A DNA stretch of 64,000 nt, from positions 20,585 through 84,584 of the forward strand of contig JAVJOQ010000012.1 of assembly GCA_040216665.1 (NCBI GenBank). The letters are read 5' to 3'. The notes under the pieces are model-generated. The model had not been told where the DNA came from. It saw nothing but the letters and a program-made list of their open reading frames with translations, and did not search any database. Shown here piece by piece: positions 19,204 to 28,143 of the stretch (the stretch's first letter is position 1; each line of letters starts with the position of its first letter). The position numbers and the translations under genes are program-made. The stretch is from Cyclobacteriaceae bacterium (GTDB lineage: Bacteria > Bacteroidota > Bacteroidia > Cytophagales > Cyclobacteriaceae).

Positions 19204-19818
19204 ATGTGTATGAAAAAAATACTAATTCTTGTCTGTTTTATAGTGGCTGTTGGGTTTATCAATCAAGCCCAGGCTCAGGCTCAATTTGCTCTAGGACTCA
19301 AAGGTGGGCTTAACATTGCCAAGTTTGATATTAGCCAGGGAACATCCAATATAGACAACCGTACTGGTTATCATGGGGGTGCTTTCGCGCTTTTCAAATT
19401 CGCAAAGTTTGGTATACAACCTGAGATACTTTTTTCTAAACAAGGGAGCGAATTCAGTATTGATACTGATAAATACGAAGCTAACTTTGATTATATCAAC
19501 ATTCCTGTATTAGTAAAATTGTACCTGGTTGCAGGTCTTAATATTCAGGCTGGACCTCAGTTCGGGTTTTTAACTACATCAGAAATTAAAACCACCATTG
19601 GAAGTATATCATCAACACAAGATGTAAAGGATCAGCTAGACAAAAAATCAGATGTGTCACTTGCTGTAGGTGCCGGATGGGACTTACCCTTTGGGCTTAC
19701 TTTGGATGCACGATACAATTTTGGTGTCTCTGAATTTAAATTAGATAGCGGTCCTGATCTTAAAAACAAAGTTCTCCAGGTATCACTTGGGTACAAGTTC
19801 ATTAAAGCCGGAAAATAA
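19204..19818 (+). CDS. outer-membrane beta-barrel (porin/PorT-like family) protein
   Basis: Signal peptide ending QAQAQAQ, motif GLKGGLNIA, repeated amphipathic strands, terminal SLGYKF. The start may be ATG 19210. Confidence 0.7.
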   Translation: MCMKKILILVCFIVAVGFINQAQAQAQFALGLKGGLNIAKFDISQGTSNIDNRTGYHGGAFALFKFAKFGIQPEILFSKQGSEFSIDTDKYEANFDYINIPVLVKLYLVAGLNIQAGPQFGFLTTSEIKTTIGSISSTQDVKDQLDKKSDVSLAVGAGWDLPFGLTLDARYNFGVSEFKLDSGPDLKNKVLQVSLGYKFIKAGK

Positions 19819-19840
19819 CATTTTGAAATTCTTTATTTAA

Positions 19841-19868
19841 AGCCACCTTATGGGTGGCTTTTTTTATT
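19841..19868 (+). terminator. intrinsic terminator
   Basis: Stem AGCCACC/GGTGGCT with a 5-nt loop, followed by TTTTTTTATTTT. Confidence 0.8.
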
Positions 19869-19905
19869 TTAAAGCAAGAAGTAATTTCGCCACTCCTTCC
19901 TAAAT

Positions 19906-21192
19906 ATGACATACCAGGAAACGCTTGACTATCTGTATAAAGAACTGCCCATGTTTCAGCGTGTTGGCCCAGCTGCACTTAAGGCAGATCTTCGTAATAC
20001 GCTACTGTTGTGTGAATCTCTTGGTAATCCCCAGCATAAGTTCAAATCTATCCATGTGGCAGGCACAAACGGGAAGGGAAGTTCGAGCCACATGATCGCA
20101 GCTATACTTCAGAGTAATGGATTTAAAACTGGCCTTTATACTTCACCTCATCTTAAAGAATTTACCGAACGCATCAGGCTCAACGGGGTGGAGATCTCAT
20201 CCTCAGAGGTAGTTGGTTTTGTAGAAAGAATAAAGCCACAGATCGAAGAAATAAAACCTTCTTTTTTTGAGATTACTGTGGCCATGGCATTTGATTTTTT
20301 TGCAAGAGAAGAAGTTGATTTTGGGGTTATTGAAGTGGGCTTAGGAGGTAGGCTTGATTCCACCAACGTCATTGATCCCTTGGTGTCACTCATTACCAAT
20401 ATTGGATATGATCATAAAGATTTGCTTGGCGGAACATTGGCTTCAATTGCCTCTGAAAAAGCAGGCATTATCAAAAAGAACAGAAGGGCGATTATTAGCG
20501 AACGGCAATCTGAAATAGAGGAAGTGTTTTTGATGAAGGCCGCATCAGTAAATTCAACATTGAAGTTTGCTCAAGAAAGGTACAAAGTGGCGCGATCAGC
20601 TACTGATATTGACACTTTTATAGTACAACGTGAGGGTAATGCAATTAGCCAGCATCTGAAATCAGAGTTGGTGGGAGGGTATCAAAAAAAGAATATTGCC
20701 GGAGTACTTGCAGTTATAGATGAATTGATAGAATTGGGTTTCAATATTTCAGTTATGGCGATTGAGAAGGGAATTGCAGAAACAGTAACACTGACGGGTT
20801 TGAAAGGACGTTGGCAACAGCTTGGAGAAAAGCCTTTGGTCTTTTGCGATACTGCTCACAATGCTGAGGGAATTACTGAGGTGTTGAATATTATAGAAAC
20901 GATTCCCCATAAAAAACTCCACATTGTTTTTGGTATGGTGAAGGATAAGGATATTGATGCTATACTTTCGTTACTACCTAAAAATGCAATCTACTACTTT
21001 TGTGCTGCTGAAATTCCAAGAGCATTAGATGCCGAAGTATTAGCCACCAGGGCTACAGCATTTGGTTTAAAACACAAAGTAATTGATAAAGTAGGGGATG
21101 CCATAAAAACTGCCAGGTTAGCGGCAGGTGCACAAGATCTGATTTTTATAGGGGGCAGTACATTTGTAGTGGCTGAAATTGAAGAACTGTAA
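19906..21192 (+). CDS. folC: bifunctional folylpolyglutamate synthase / dihydrofolate synthase
   Basis: Mur-ligase-type P-loop VAGTNGKGS, then SPHL..F.ERI, EVGLGGRLDSTNV and TNIGYDH motifs. Confidence 0.9.
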   Translation: MTYQETLDYLYKELPMFQRVGPAALKADLRNTLLLCESLGNPQHKFKSIHVAGTNGKGSSSHMIAAILQSNGFKTGLYTSPHLKEFTERIRLNGVEISSSEVVGFVERIKPQIEEIKPSFFEITVAMAFDFFAREEVDFGVIEVGLGGRLDSTNVIDPLVSLITNIGYDHKDLLGGTLASIASEKAGIIKKNRRAIISERQSEIEEVFLMKAASVNSTLKFAQERYKVARSATDIDTFIVQREGNAISQHLKSELVGGYQKKNIAGVLAVIDELIELGFNISVMAIEKGIAETVTLTGLKGRWQQLGEKPLVFCDTAHNAEGITEVLNIIETIPHKKLHIVFGMVKDKDIDAILSLLPKNAIYYFCAAEIPRALDAEVLATRATAFGLKHKVIDKVGDAIKTARLAAGAQDLIFIGGSTFVVAEIEEL

Positions 21193-21194
21193 GC

Positions 21195-21854
21195 ATGAAA
21201 AGTAAATTAGCAAGATTCAAAACTATTTCAGAACGGGACAATGTACTGGAACCAGGCAAGGAGCTGTACTTTAACATAAAAGGTAACTGGAATAAAATTC
21301 AGTTTAAAAATGACAACCCTATTACCATTGAATTAGCGTGCGGAAGAGGAGAGTACTCTGTAGGAATGGCTGAATTATTTCCAGGCAGAAATTTCGTTGG
21401 TATTGATGTAAAGGGTGATAGAATTTGGAAAGGAAGTACTTGGGCTGTTGAAAAAAAACTGGAGAATGTTGCTTTCCTTAGGGCTCAAATTCATACGCTG
21501 GAAAATTTTTTTAATGAAAATGAAGTGGCTGAGATATGGTTGACTTTTCCAGATCCACGCCCTAAGAAAAGAGACATTAAAAGGAGGCTCAGCAACAATA
21601 GGTTTCTCAATTTATACAAGAAGGTGCTAAAACCAGATGGACTGTTTCGGTTAAAAACAGACAACACGGATCTTTTTGATTTTACGTTGGAGGAGTTGCG
21701 CGAGAGGAATGATATTTCGGACTTGCAAACAACATTTGACGTTTATCAATCTGAATTTAAAGACGAGGTGTTGGGTATAAAGACGAGATACGAGGAAATG
21801 TTCGCAAAAAAAGGTGAAACCATTAAATACCTCCGTTTTAAGTTTACCGCTTAA
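21195..21854 (+). CDS. trmB: tRNA (guanine46-N7)-methyltransferase
   Basis: TrmB motifs IELACGRGEY, GIDVKG, FPDPRPKKR. Lies 2 nt downstream of folC. Confidence 0.9.
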   Translation: MKSKLARFKTISERDNVLEPGKELYFNIKGNWNKIQFKNDNPITIELACGRGEYSVGMAELFPGRNFVGIDVKGDRIWKGSTWAVEKKLENVAFLRAQIHTLENFFNENEVAEIWLTFPDPRPKKRDIKRRLSNNRFLNLYKKVLKPDGLFRLKTDNTDLFDFTLEELRERNDISDLQTTFDVYQSEFKDEVLGIKTRYEEMFAKKGETIKYLRFKFTA

Positions 21855-21910
21855 AATGGTGCTTAACACAAGGGTAACGTTTTGGATATAGTTTGGTAAG
21901 ATTTCGTTAA

Positions 21911-21918
21911 TATATTTG
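21911..21918 (+). promoter_or_regulatory. -7 box TATATTTG upstream of the LpxH-like/glycosyltransferase pair
   Basis: Exact TAnnTTTG match 50 nt upstream of ATG 21968. Confidence 0.35.
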
Positions 21919-21967
21919 CATAGCATCTAATAACAATAGTATCCTGAAGTTGCGATGGATACAAGGA

Positions 21968-22822
21968 ATGGCAAAGAAACGAAAAAGAGAGGTTGAGCTT
22001 GTAATTATATCAGACGTCCACCTCGGTACCTATGGTTGCCACTCTGAAGAACTCCTCCGTTACCTCAAAACCATCAAACCCAAACGGCTTATACTCAATG
22101 GTGATATCATTGACATGTGGCAATTCAGCAAACGCTATTGGCCTAAAAGCCATATGGAAATTGTAAAGCATATTACCGGACTTTTGGCCAAGGGTACAAA
22201 GATCACCTACCTGACCGGTAATCATGACGAGATGCTTAGAAAGTTCGCTGGATTTAGGCTCGGCTCATTCCAAATTGAAAACAAGAAAGTCCTTTCGTTA
22301 AACGGAAAATCAGCTTGGATTTTTCATGGTGACGTGTTTGATGTTACGATGAGATATTCCAAATGGATCGCACGCCTTGGGGCAATTGGTTATGACGCAC
22401 TTATTTTGTTAAATGCCGTTGTTAACTTCATTTTGAAATTCTTTGGAAAGGGAAGAATCTCTTTGTCGAAAAAGGTAAAGGACAGTGTAAAGGGTGCTGT
22501 AAAGTTTATTAATAATTTTGAAGAGACGGCAGCCGATATTGCCATTGCCAATGGTCATGATTATGTAGTTTGTGGGCATATCCATCATCCGGAAATTAAG
22601 ACCATTAAAACCGACAAAGGAGAAGTGGTGTACCTCAATTCAGGTGATTGGGTGGAGAACTTAACGGCACTAGAGTACAACAAGAATAAGTGGTCCATTT
22701 ATCGCTATGCAAATGATAAAAGAGCTCAATCTCTTAAGATTCACAAACGCTATAGAAACAATCTCGACAATGATGAGATTTTTAAGGACCTTGTCAATGA
22801 ATTTCTTACAGTAAAGAAATGA
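21968..22822 (+). CDS. UDP-2,3-diacylglucosamine diphosphatase-like metallophosphoesterase (LpxH family)
   Basis: Calcineurin-like motifs SDVHLG, NGDIID, GNHD, GHIHHP. ATG 21968 is preferred to the upstream TTG at 21950. Confidence 0.75.
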   Translation: MAKKRKREVELVIISDVHLGTYGCHSEELLRYLKTIKPKRLILNGDIIDMWQFSKRYWPKSHMEIVKHITGLLAKGTKITYLTGNHDEMLRKFAGFRLGSFQIENKKVLSLNGKSAWIFHGDVFDVTMRYSKWIARLGAIGYDALILLNAVVNFILKFFGKGRISLSKKVKDSVKGAVKFINNFEETAADIAIANGHDYVVCGHIHHPEIKTIKTDKGEVVYLNSGDWVENLTALEYNKNKWSIYRYANDKRAQSLKIHKRYRNNLDNDEIFKDLVNEFLTVKK

Positions 22823-23805
22823 AAATTCTCTACGCTATCCAGGGGACAGGCAATGGCCACTTAAGCAGGGCAATTGATGTTGTTCCTGAACTGAAAAAGC
22901 ATGGTGAACTGGACTTGTTCGTGAGTGGGGCTCAAGCCGAAATAGAATTACCATTTCCAGTTAAATACAAGTCCAAGGGATTGAGCTTCTATTTTGGTAA
23001 AAGTGGGGGAATCAATTTTTATAAAACCTTTAAGAAGAATAGCACTAGTGTTGTTCAGGAGATTGACCAGTTTCCGGTAGAAGATTACGATTTGATAGTA
23101 AATGATTTTGAGCCCATCTCCTCATGGGCTGCAAAAAAGAAAAAGGTACCCATTGTAGGGTTGGGTCATCAGTCGGCCTTGTTATCTAAAAAAGCCCCAC
23201 GTCCAAAGAAGAAAGATCCGTTTGGGGAATGGATTTTGAAAAAATATGCACCGGTAAAGAAGTATGTAGGATTTCATTTTGAAGAATACGACAAAAACAT
23301 TTACACACCAGTTATCAGGAAAGCAATTCGTGATGCCATGGTGTCTGATAAGGGACATTATACGGTGTATTTACCTGCCTATGATGATAAAAAATTGGTC
23401 CAACTTTTTTTGAAATTTCCCAAGATCAAATGGCATGTGTTCTCAAAACATGTAAAGAACGCCTATCATGTAGATAAGGTTTCTGTATATCCTGTAAGTG
23501 GAGCAGCTTTTGTGGAGAGTATTATAAGTAGCCATGGTGTATTAACAGGAGCAGGGTTTGAGACTCCTGCTGAAGTTTTGCAACTCAATAAGAAACTGAT
23601 GGTGGTTCCGATGAAGAATCAATATGAGCAGCACTGCAATGCAGCTGCCCTGAAAAAGATGGGTGTTCCTATTCTTAGAAAATTAAAGAAGAAGAACCAG
23701 GATAAGGTTGAGAAGTGGTTGGAGGAATCAAAACCTCTTGATATTTCATTCCCTGATACTACAGCAGAGGCTGTTCAACGAGCAATTAAACTAGGTACTT
23801 CCTAA
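22819..23805 (+). CDS. glycosyltransferase (MJ1255/GT28-like family)
   Basis: N-terminal GTGNGHLSRA motif and C-terminal GAGFETPAE/EQ..NA motif of the family. 4-nt start/stop overlap with the LpxH-like gene. Confidence 0.7.
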   Translation: MKILYAIQGTGNGHLSRAIDVVPELKKHGELDLFVSGAQAEIELPFPVKYKSKGLSFYFGKSGGINFYKTFKKNSTSVVQEIDQFPVEDYDLIVNDFEPISSWAAKKKKVPIVGLGHQSALLSKKAPRPKKKDPFGEWILKKYAPVKKYVGFHFEEYDKNIYTPVIRKAIRDAMVSDKGHYTVYLPAYDDKKLVQLFLKFPKIKWHVFSKHVKNAYHVDKVSVYPVSGAAFVESIISSHGVLTGAGFETPAEVLQLNKKLMVVPMKNQYEQHCNAAALKKMGVPILRKLKKKNQDKVEKWLEESKPLDISFPDTTAEAVQRAIKLGTS

Positions 23806-24398
23806 TCTACCTCCAAAGTCTCGAGAACATTGGCCAAGTGATCATAATCCTTCTGACCTGGTTTGTCTTCCGATGAACCCTCCATTAAGATACCTGTGAT
23901 GGGCAAGGATTCAACTTTACTCATATTTTCAACGAGATGCTGAGGGATAAGAACATTAATTACTGAATTGATTTCCCCCACAACATTCCATTCCGGGGTA
24001 ATACTTTCAGCCAATACTAAATAGGCAATGTTATACGTTGAAAGATGAACTTTGATGTCTTTCCATTCTGCAATGCTCGTTTTTAGTATAATAGAGAGTT
24101 TATCAACTTTATCTCCTAATCGAGAGAGCTGATCATAATTCAACTGAACATGCTGTACAGCTGTAGATTGGGTTACTTTTTGAAATAGTTCATCATCCAT
24201 AGAGTCAGTATATTCCAGAATAAAGGCGGGGCCTGCAATCCATTCAGCAATCTCAAGAAACGTGTCAAAAGAAATTTTTCCATCTGTGTCACCTATAGGA
24301 AAGCCCAAAAGATCAACCCCCATGCCAGCGCAATACCTTGCGTCACTTAGATTAGTAATGTTTCCTACTTTTACCTTGGTTTTTAATTGCATGGCCAA
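23802..24398 (-). CDS. phosphoribosylanthranilate isomerase (TrpF)-like TIM-barrel protein, non-canonical active site
   Basis: The N-terminus VKVGNITNLSDA aligns to the TrpF consensus VKICGITxxEDA, but the catalytic Cys position is Gly. No other trp genes are in the window. Confidence 0.6.
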   Translation of the reverse strand: MAMQLKTKVKVGNITNLSDARYCAGMGVDLLGFPIGDTDGKISFDTFLEIAEWIAGPAFILEYTDSMDDELFQKVTQSTAVQHVQLNYDQLSRLGDKVDKLSIILKTSIAEWKDIKVHLSTYNIAYLVLAESITPEWNVVGEINSVINVLIPQHLVENMSKVESLPITGILMEGSSEDKPGQKDYDHLANVLETLEVD

Positions 24399-24427
24399 AT
24401 ATCAAAAAGAAAAAATAACTTTATGAA

Positions 24428-25174
24428 TTGAAAAGCAACAAAGTGGCTCATTTACCCAAATATCTTTCTTTATTGATTTTATCAGTGCTCGTGATGGCGT
24501 GCGCTGATGATACGAAATTGATTTTAAAAAAAGACACTGATTTCTTTCCCGTTCAGGTAGGTGGCTATTTTGTATATGATGTAGAGGAGACAAAATATAC
24601 TGCTATTGATGGACAAGAAGATTTCTTATATCAGTCAAAAATTACTGTAACAGACTCCTTCAAAAATAATGTGGGAGGTACTACATATGTCCTTCAGCTA
24701 TCTATTAAAAATGAAGGAGAAAGCCAGTTTGAATACCAGAATACCTGGTCAGTACGAATAGAACCTTCACAGGTCGTGGTAAGTGAAGGTAATACCTCAT
24801 ATATAAGGTTAGCCTTTCCTGTGTCCACTGGCCGTCAATGGAATGGTAACGCACTCAATACATTGGGTGGGGAGGAGAGTTGTGGGGACGATTCTACTTT
24901 TTCTTGTGATATTTATGAGATAGGTGATATTGGGTTTCAGTTTGACCTTAATGGTGATATATTGGATGAAACCGTTGAAGTTATTCAAAACAACAACGCT
25001 GACCTGATCGTTAAGCAAGATGTGAGACGTGAAATATATGCCAGGAACATTGGACTTGTCTATAAAGAAAGTACAATTCTGGAGTACTGTACAGTGGGAT
25101 CATGTATTGGTCAGCAGCAAATTGAAAAAGGGGATATACTCAAGCAGACTTTGAATAGCTATGGTAAAGAGTAG
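24428..25174 (+). CDS. hypothetical lipoprotein
   Basis: SpII signal LSVLVMAC. The start is TTG 24428 or GTG 24443. Overlaps the downstream S8 peptidase gene by 14 nt. Confidence 0.6.
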   Translation: MKSNKVAHLPKYLSLLILSVLVMACADDTKLILKKDTDFFPVQVGGYFVYDVEETKYTAIDGQEDFLYQSKITVTDSFKNNVGGTTYVLQLSIKNEGESQFEYQNTWSVRIEPSQVVVSEGNTSYIRLAFPVSTGRQWNGNALNTLGGEESCGDDSTFSCDIYEIGDIGFQFDLNGDILDETVEVIQNNNADLIVKQDVRREIYARNIGLVYKESTILEYCTVGSCIGQQQIEKGDILKQTLNSYGKE

Positions 25175-26774
25175 CATTCTTTTTATTTTAATACTGTGGG
25201 CACATCTCTCGATAGCTCAAGAGGGGCGGTATGCGTTATTCTTTAACGATAAGGAGGGCACTACCTTTTCCATCGAAAGCCCTCTGGAATTCATTTCACA
25301 AAAAAGTATTGATCGAAGGGTTAAGAATGGCGTAACCATTTCGGAGGAAGATTTCCCTGTTAACTCGGATTATGTTGATCAGATAAAATCGATGGGTGCT
25401 GATATTTTATACACTTCTCGGTGGATGAATGCAGTCATTACCCAGTTAGATGATGGTGAGCTTACTGATATACTTCTCTTGCCTTTTGTTTCTTCATTTG
25501 AATACTTGGGCCCCAATGTTGAAGTTTCTGGTGGCAGATTAAGAAAGCTAAAAGACAAAAAAGATTCTAACATTGGTACCATTAACCAAATACAACTCAG
25601 TATGTTGGGTTTAGATGATATGCATGACGAGAATGTTTATGGGCAAGGAATAACCATTGCAGTGTTTGATAGTGGGTTCCCCGGTGTAGATAAGGCTGAT
25701 GCTTTTAATGCTTTATTTAGTGAAGGGCGCGTAACCTATACAAACGATATTATTGGCAATTCCGGAAACGTTTTTCAATATGATGGTCATGGAACGGAAG
25801 TACTTTCTATCATGGCTGCAAATCAGGCGGGTAGTTTTTTGGGAGGAGCACCCAAAGCCAATTATCAATTGTATGTAACAGAAGAGGTATCCACTGAATT
25901 TAGAATTGAGGAATACAATTGGCTGGTGGCAGCGGAAAAGGCAGACAGTGCAGGAGCAGATATAATTAATTCCTCATTAGGGTATAACTTATTTGATGAC
26001 GCCAACATGGATTATACCAAAGCACAGTTGGATGGTAATACAGCCATAGTGAGCAAAGCGGCACGACTCGCAATCAGTAAAGGTATTTTTGTGGTTGTGA
26101 GTGCAGGGAATGAAGGCAACTCGTCATGGTCATTGGTTAACCCACCCGCAGATGTTGATCGAGTCTTAGCAGTAGGATCTATTAACACTACAGGAAATCT
26201 CAGCGGTTTTAGTTCAGTTGGTCCTACAGCAGATAATAGAATCAAACCAGATGTGGTTGCATTAGGTTCTAGTGTTTCAGTGGTCAAGTCCAATGGAAAC
26301 ATCGGGTTTACCAGTGGTACATCTGCAGCTGCTCCATTGATAACAAGCCTTGTAGCCGGACTGATGCAGACGTTTCCTGAGTTGACAGTAGCAGCGCTTT
26401 ATGACCTTGTGATTGCGTCAGGAAGCATGAGCGATAATCCGGATAACCAAAAAGGCTACGGAGTCCCAAATTATTCCGGAGCGAAAATTATACAATTGGG
26501 ACAGGAGCAACCTATGCATACCTCAGCAGTGTACTTATTTCCAAATCCATCCTTTGGTAATACAGTTAAATTGGAAATGGATGTGCCCATTGGCCAAAAG
26601 GCAATTATTCATATTTACAATTTACAGGGTCAACTGATGCTTAGGTCAGAAGGAGAAATCAACTATTCTAACAATCCTGTAGAGTTGGATGTTTCGGGCA
26701 TTGGGTCAGGCCTCTATCTTGTCAAAATAGAGTCTGAAGGTATTTTGCGTACCATACGCCTTGTAAAACTGTAA
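25161..26774 (+). CDS. S8 family serine peptidase with T9SS C-terminal sorting domain
   Basis: Signal peptide. Subtilase triad motifs VFDSGF (Asp), HGTEV (His), GTSAAAP (Ser). The last approximately 80 aa (VYLFPNPS...GLYLVKIE...IRLVKL) look like a Por secretion tail. Confidence 0.9.
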   Translation: MVKSSILFILILWAHLSIAQEGRYALFFNDKEGTTFSIESPLEFISQKSIDRRVKNGVTISEEDFPVNSDYVDQIKSMGADILYTSRWMNAVITQLDDGELTDILLLPFVSSFEYLGPNVEVSGGRLRKLKDKKDSNIGTINQIQLSMLGLDDMHDENVYGQGITIAVFDSGFPGVDKADAFNALFSEGRVTYTNDIIGNSGNVFQYDGHGTEVLSIMAANQAGSFLGGAPKANYQLYVTEEVSTEFRIEEYNWLVAAEKADSAGADIINSSLGYNLFDDANMDYTKAQLDGNTAIVSKAARLAISKGIFVVVSAGNEGNSSWSLVNPPADVDRVLAVGSINTTGNLSGFSSVGPTADNRIKPDVVALGSSVSVVKSNGNIGFTSGTSAAAPLITSLVAGLMQTFPELTVAALYDLVIASGSMSDNPDNQKGYGVPNYSGAKIIQLGQEQPMHTSAVYLFPNPSFGNTVKLEMDVPIGQKAIIHIYNLQGQLMLRSEGEINYSNNPVELDVSGIGSGLYLVKIESEGILRTIRLVKL

Positions 26775-26824
26775 GTATCACTCCATTTCAACATTCCAGA
26801 GCCCTTAAGGTCGCTCAGAGGTGC

Positions 26825-26832
26825 TATATTTG
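26825..26832 (+). promoter_or_regulatory. -7 box TATATTTG upstream of rpe
   Basis: Exact TAnnTTTG match 42 nt upstream of the rpe ATG. Confidence 0.35.
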
Positions 26833-26873
26833 CCACTGACCCCAACACGGGATTTACAGTCCAAATTAGCTTT

Positions 26874-27527
26874 ATGAAACCTATAGTTGCTCCCTCAATA
26901 CTTGCTGCGGATTTTGCCAATCTTGAAAGCGAGGTTAAACTGATCAATAACAGTGCTGCCGACTGGATACACGTGGATATCATGGATGGCGTCTTTGTTC
27001 CTAATCTATCCATGGGCATACCGGTGGTCAAAGCCATTAAAAAGCATGCTACAAAGCCACTGGATGTGCACCTGATGATTGTGAACCCTGAGCGCTATGT
27101 AGATGCATTCTATGAATCCGGAGCATCTGTTATTTCAGTCCATATTGAGGCAAGTCCACATTTGCACAGAACGGTGCAACAAATACAGGCATTGGGAATC
27201 AAAGCTGGCGTGGCCATCAACCCTCATACGGGAGTGGATCAATTAGAAGATATCATTGGGGATATCGATTTGGTTTGTATGATGTCTGTAAACCCAGGTT
27301 TTGGAGGACAGAAATTTATAGAGAACACCTACAAAAAAGTAGAAAGACTTAAGGCGATGATTATAAGAACTGGCTCGAAAGCGCAAATAGAAATTGATGG
27401 AGGGGTAAACCTACAGAACGCAAAACCGTTAATCAATGCTGGCGCGGATGTGCTCGTGGCAGGAAACTTTGTCTTTTCTTCTTCAAACCCTAAGGATGTG
27501 ATTTCTCAGTTGAAGGATTTAAAATAG
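26874..27527 (+). CDS. rpe: ribulose-phosphate 3-epimerase
   Basis: Family motifs PSILAADF, HVDIMDG.FVPN, DVHLM, MSVNPGFGGQKF, IEIDGG. Confidence 0.95.
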   Translation: MKPIVAPSILAADFANLESEVKLINNSAADWIHVDIMDGVFVPNLSMGIPVVKAIKKHATKPLDVHLMIVNPERYVDAFYESGASVISVHIEASPHLHRTVQQIQALGIKAGVAINPHTGVDQLEDIIGDIDLVCMMSVNPGFGGQKFIENTYKKVERLKAMIIRTGSKAQIEIDGGVNLQNAKPLINAGADVLVAGNFVFSSSNPKDVISQLKDLK

Positions 27528-27566
27528 ATTTCGGCAAGGAATTTGATTTAAACTACAAAAAAAAAT

Positions 27567-28142
27567 ATGCGGTCTTTTTTTCTTATAGCAATAAGTGTAA
27601 TTTTTTTATCTAGCTGCGCCAGGTCGGTATCTCGTATTGATCCTGATACATCAATTGACTTAAGCGGACGGTGGAATGATACTGATTCTCGAACTGTAGC
27701 CGAAACCATGACCAACGAATTACTGACCAGTGCTAAGTTGAAAGAATTTGCAAAAGAGCAGGACAAAAAACCTGCGATCATTGTGGGATGGGTGTTGAAT
27801 AAGACCAGTGAGCATATTGATGCAGATAACTTTATTAAAAAAATTGAACTCACCATCTTCAATTCCGGTATTGCCGATTTAGTAGAATCAGATTCATTCA
27901 GAGATAAGCTGAGGGAGGAACGCGCACAGCAGCAAGACTTCTCCAGCAGTGATACAGCTTCACAATGGGGACTGGAAGTAGGTGCTGACCTCATGTTGTT
28001 TGGTGAAATGACTTCGGAAACAGACGTTTATAACAATAAGCGCGTGGTGAATTATATTGTTACGCTCTTCCTCACCGATATTGAGACCAATAAACGGGTG
28101 TGGTACGGACAGAAGGAGATAAAGAAATTTATCAAAAATTAG
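27567..28142 (+). CDS. LpoB-like (COG3417-type) lipoprotein
   Basis: SpII signal (VIFLSSC). Motif DLSGRWNDTDSR and overall resemblance to the penicillin-binding protein activator LpoB C-terminal domain family. Confidence 0.7.
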   Translation: MRSFFLIAISVIFLSSCARSVSRIDPDTSIDLSGRWNDTDSRTVAETMTNELLTSAKLKEFAKEQDKKPAIIVGWVLNKTSEHIDADNFIKKIELTIFNSGIADLVESDSFRDKLREERAQQQDFSSSDTASQWGLEVGADLMLFGEMTSETDVYNNKRVVNYIVTLFLTDIETNKRVWYGQKEIKKFIKN

Positions 28143-28143
28143 T

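Noticed and set aside
27548-27994. 148-aa minus-strand ORF
   Set aside because: It is antisense to the LpoB-like lipoprotein gene and Ser/Leu-rich and low-complexity. The plus-strand gene has a clear lipobox and family motif.
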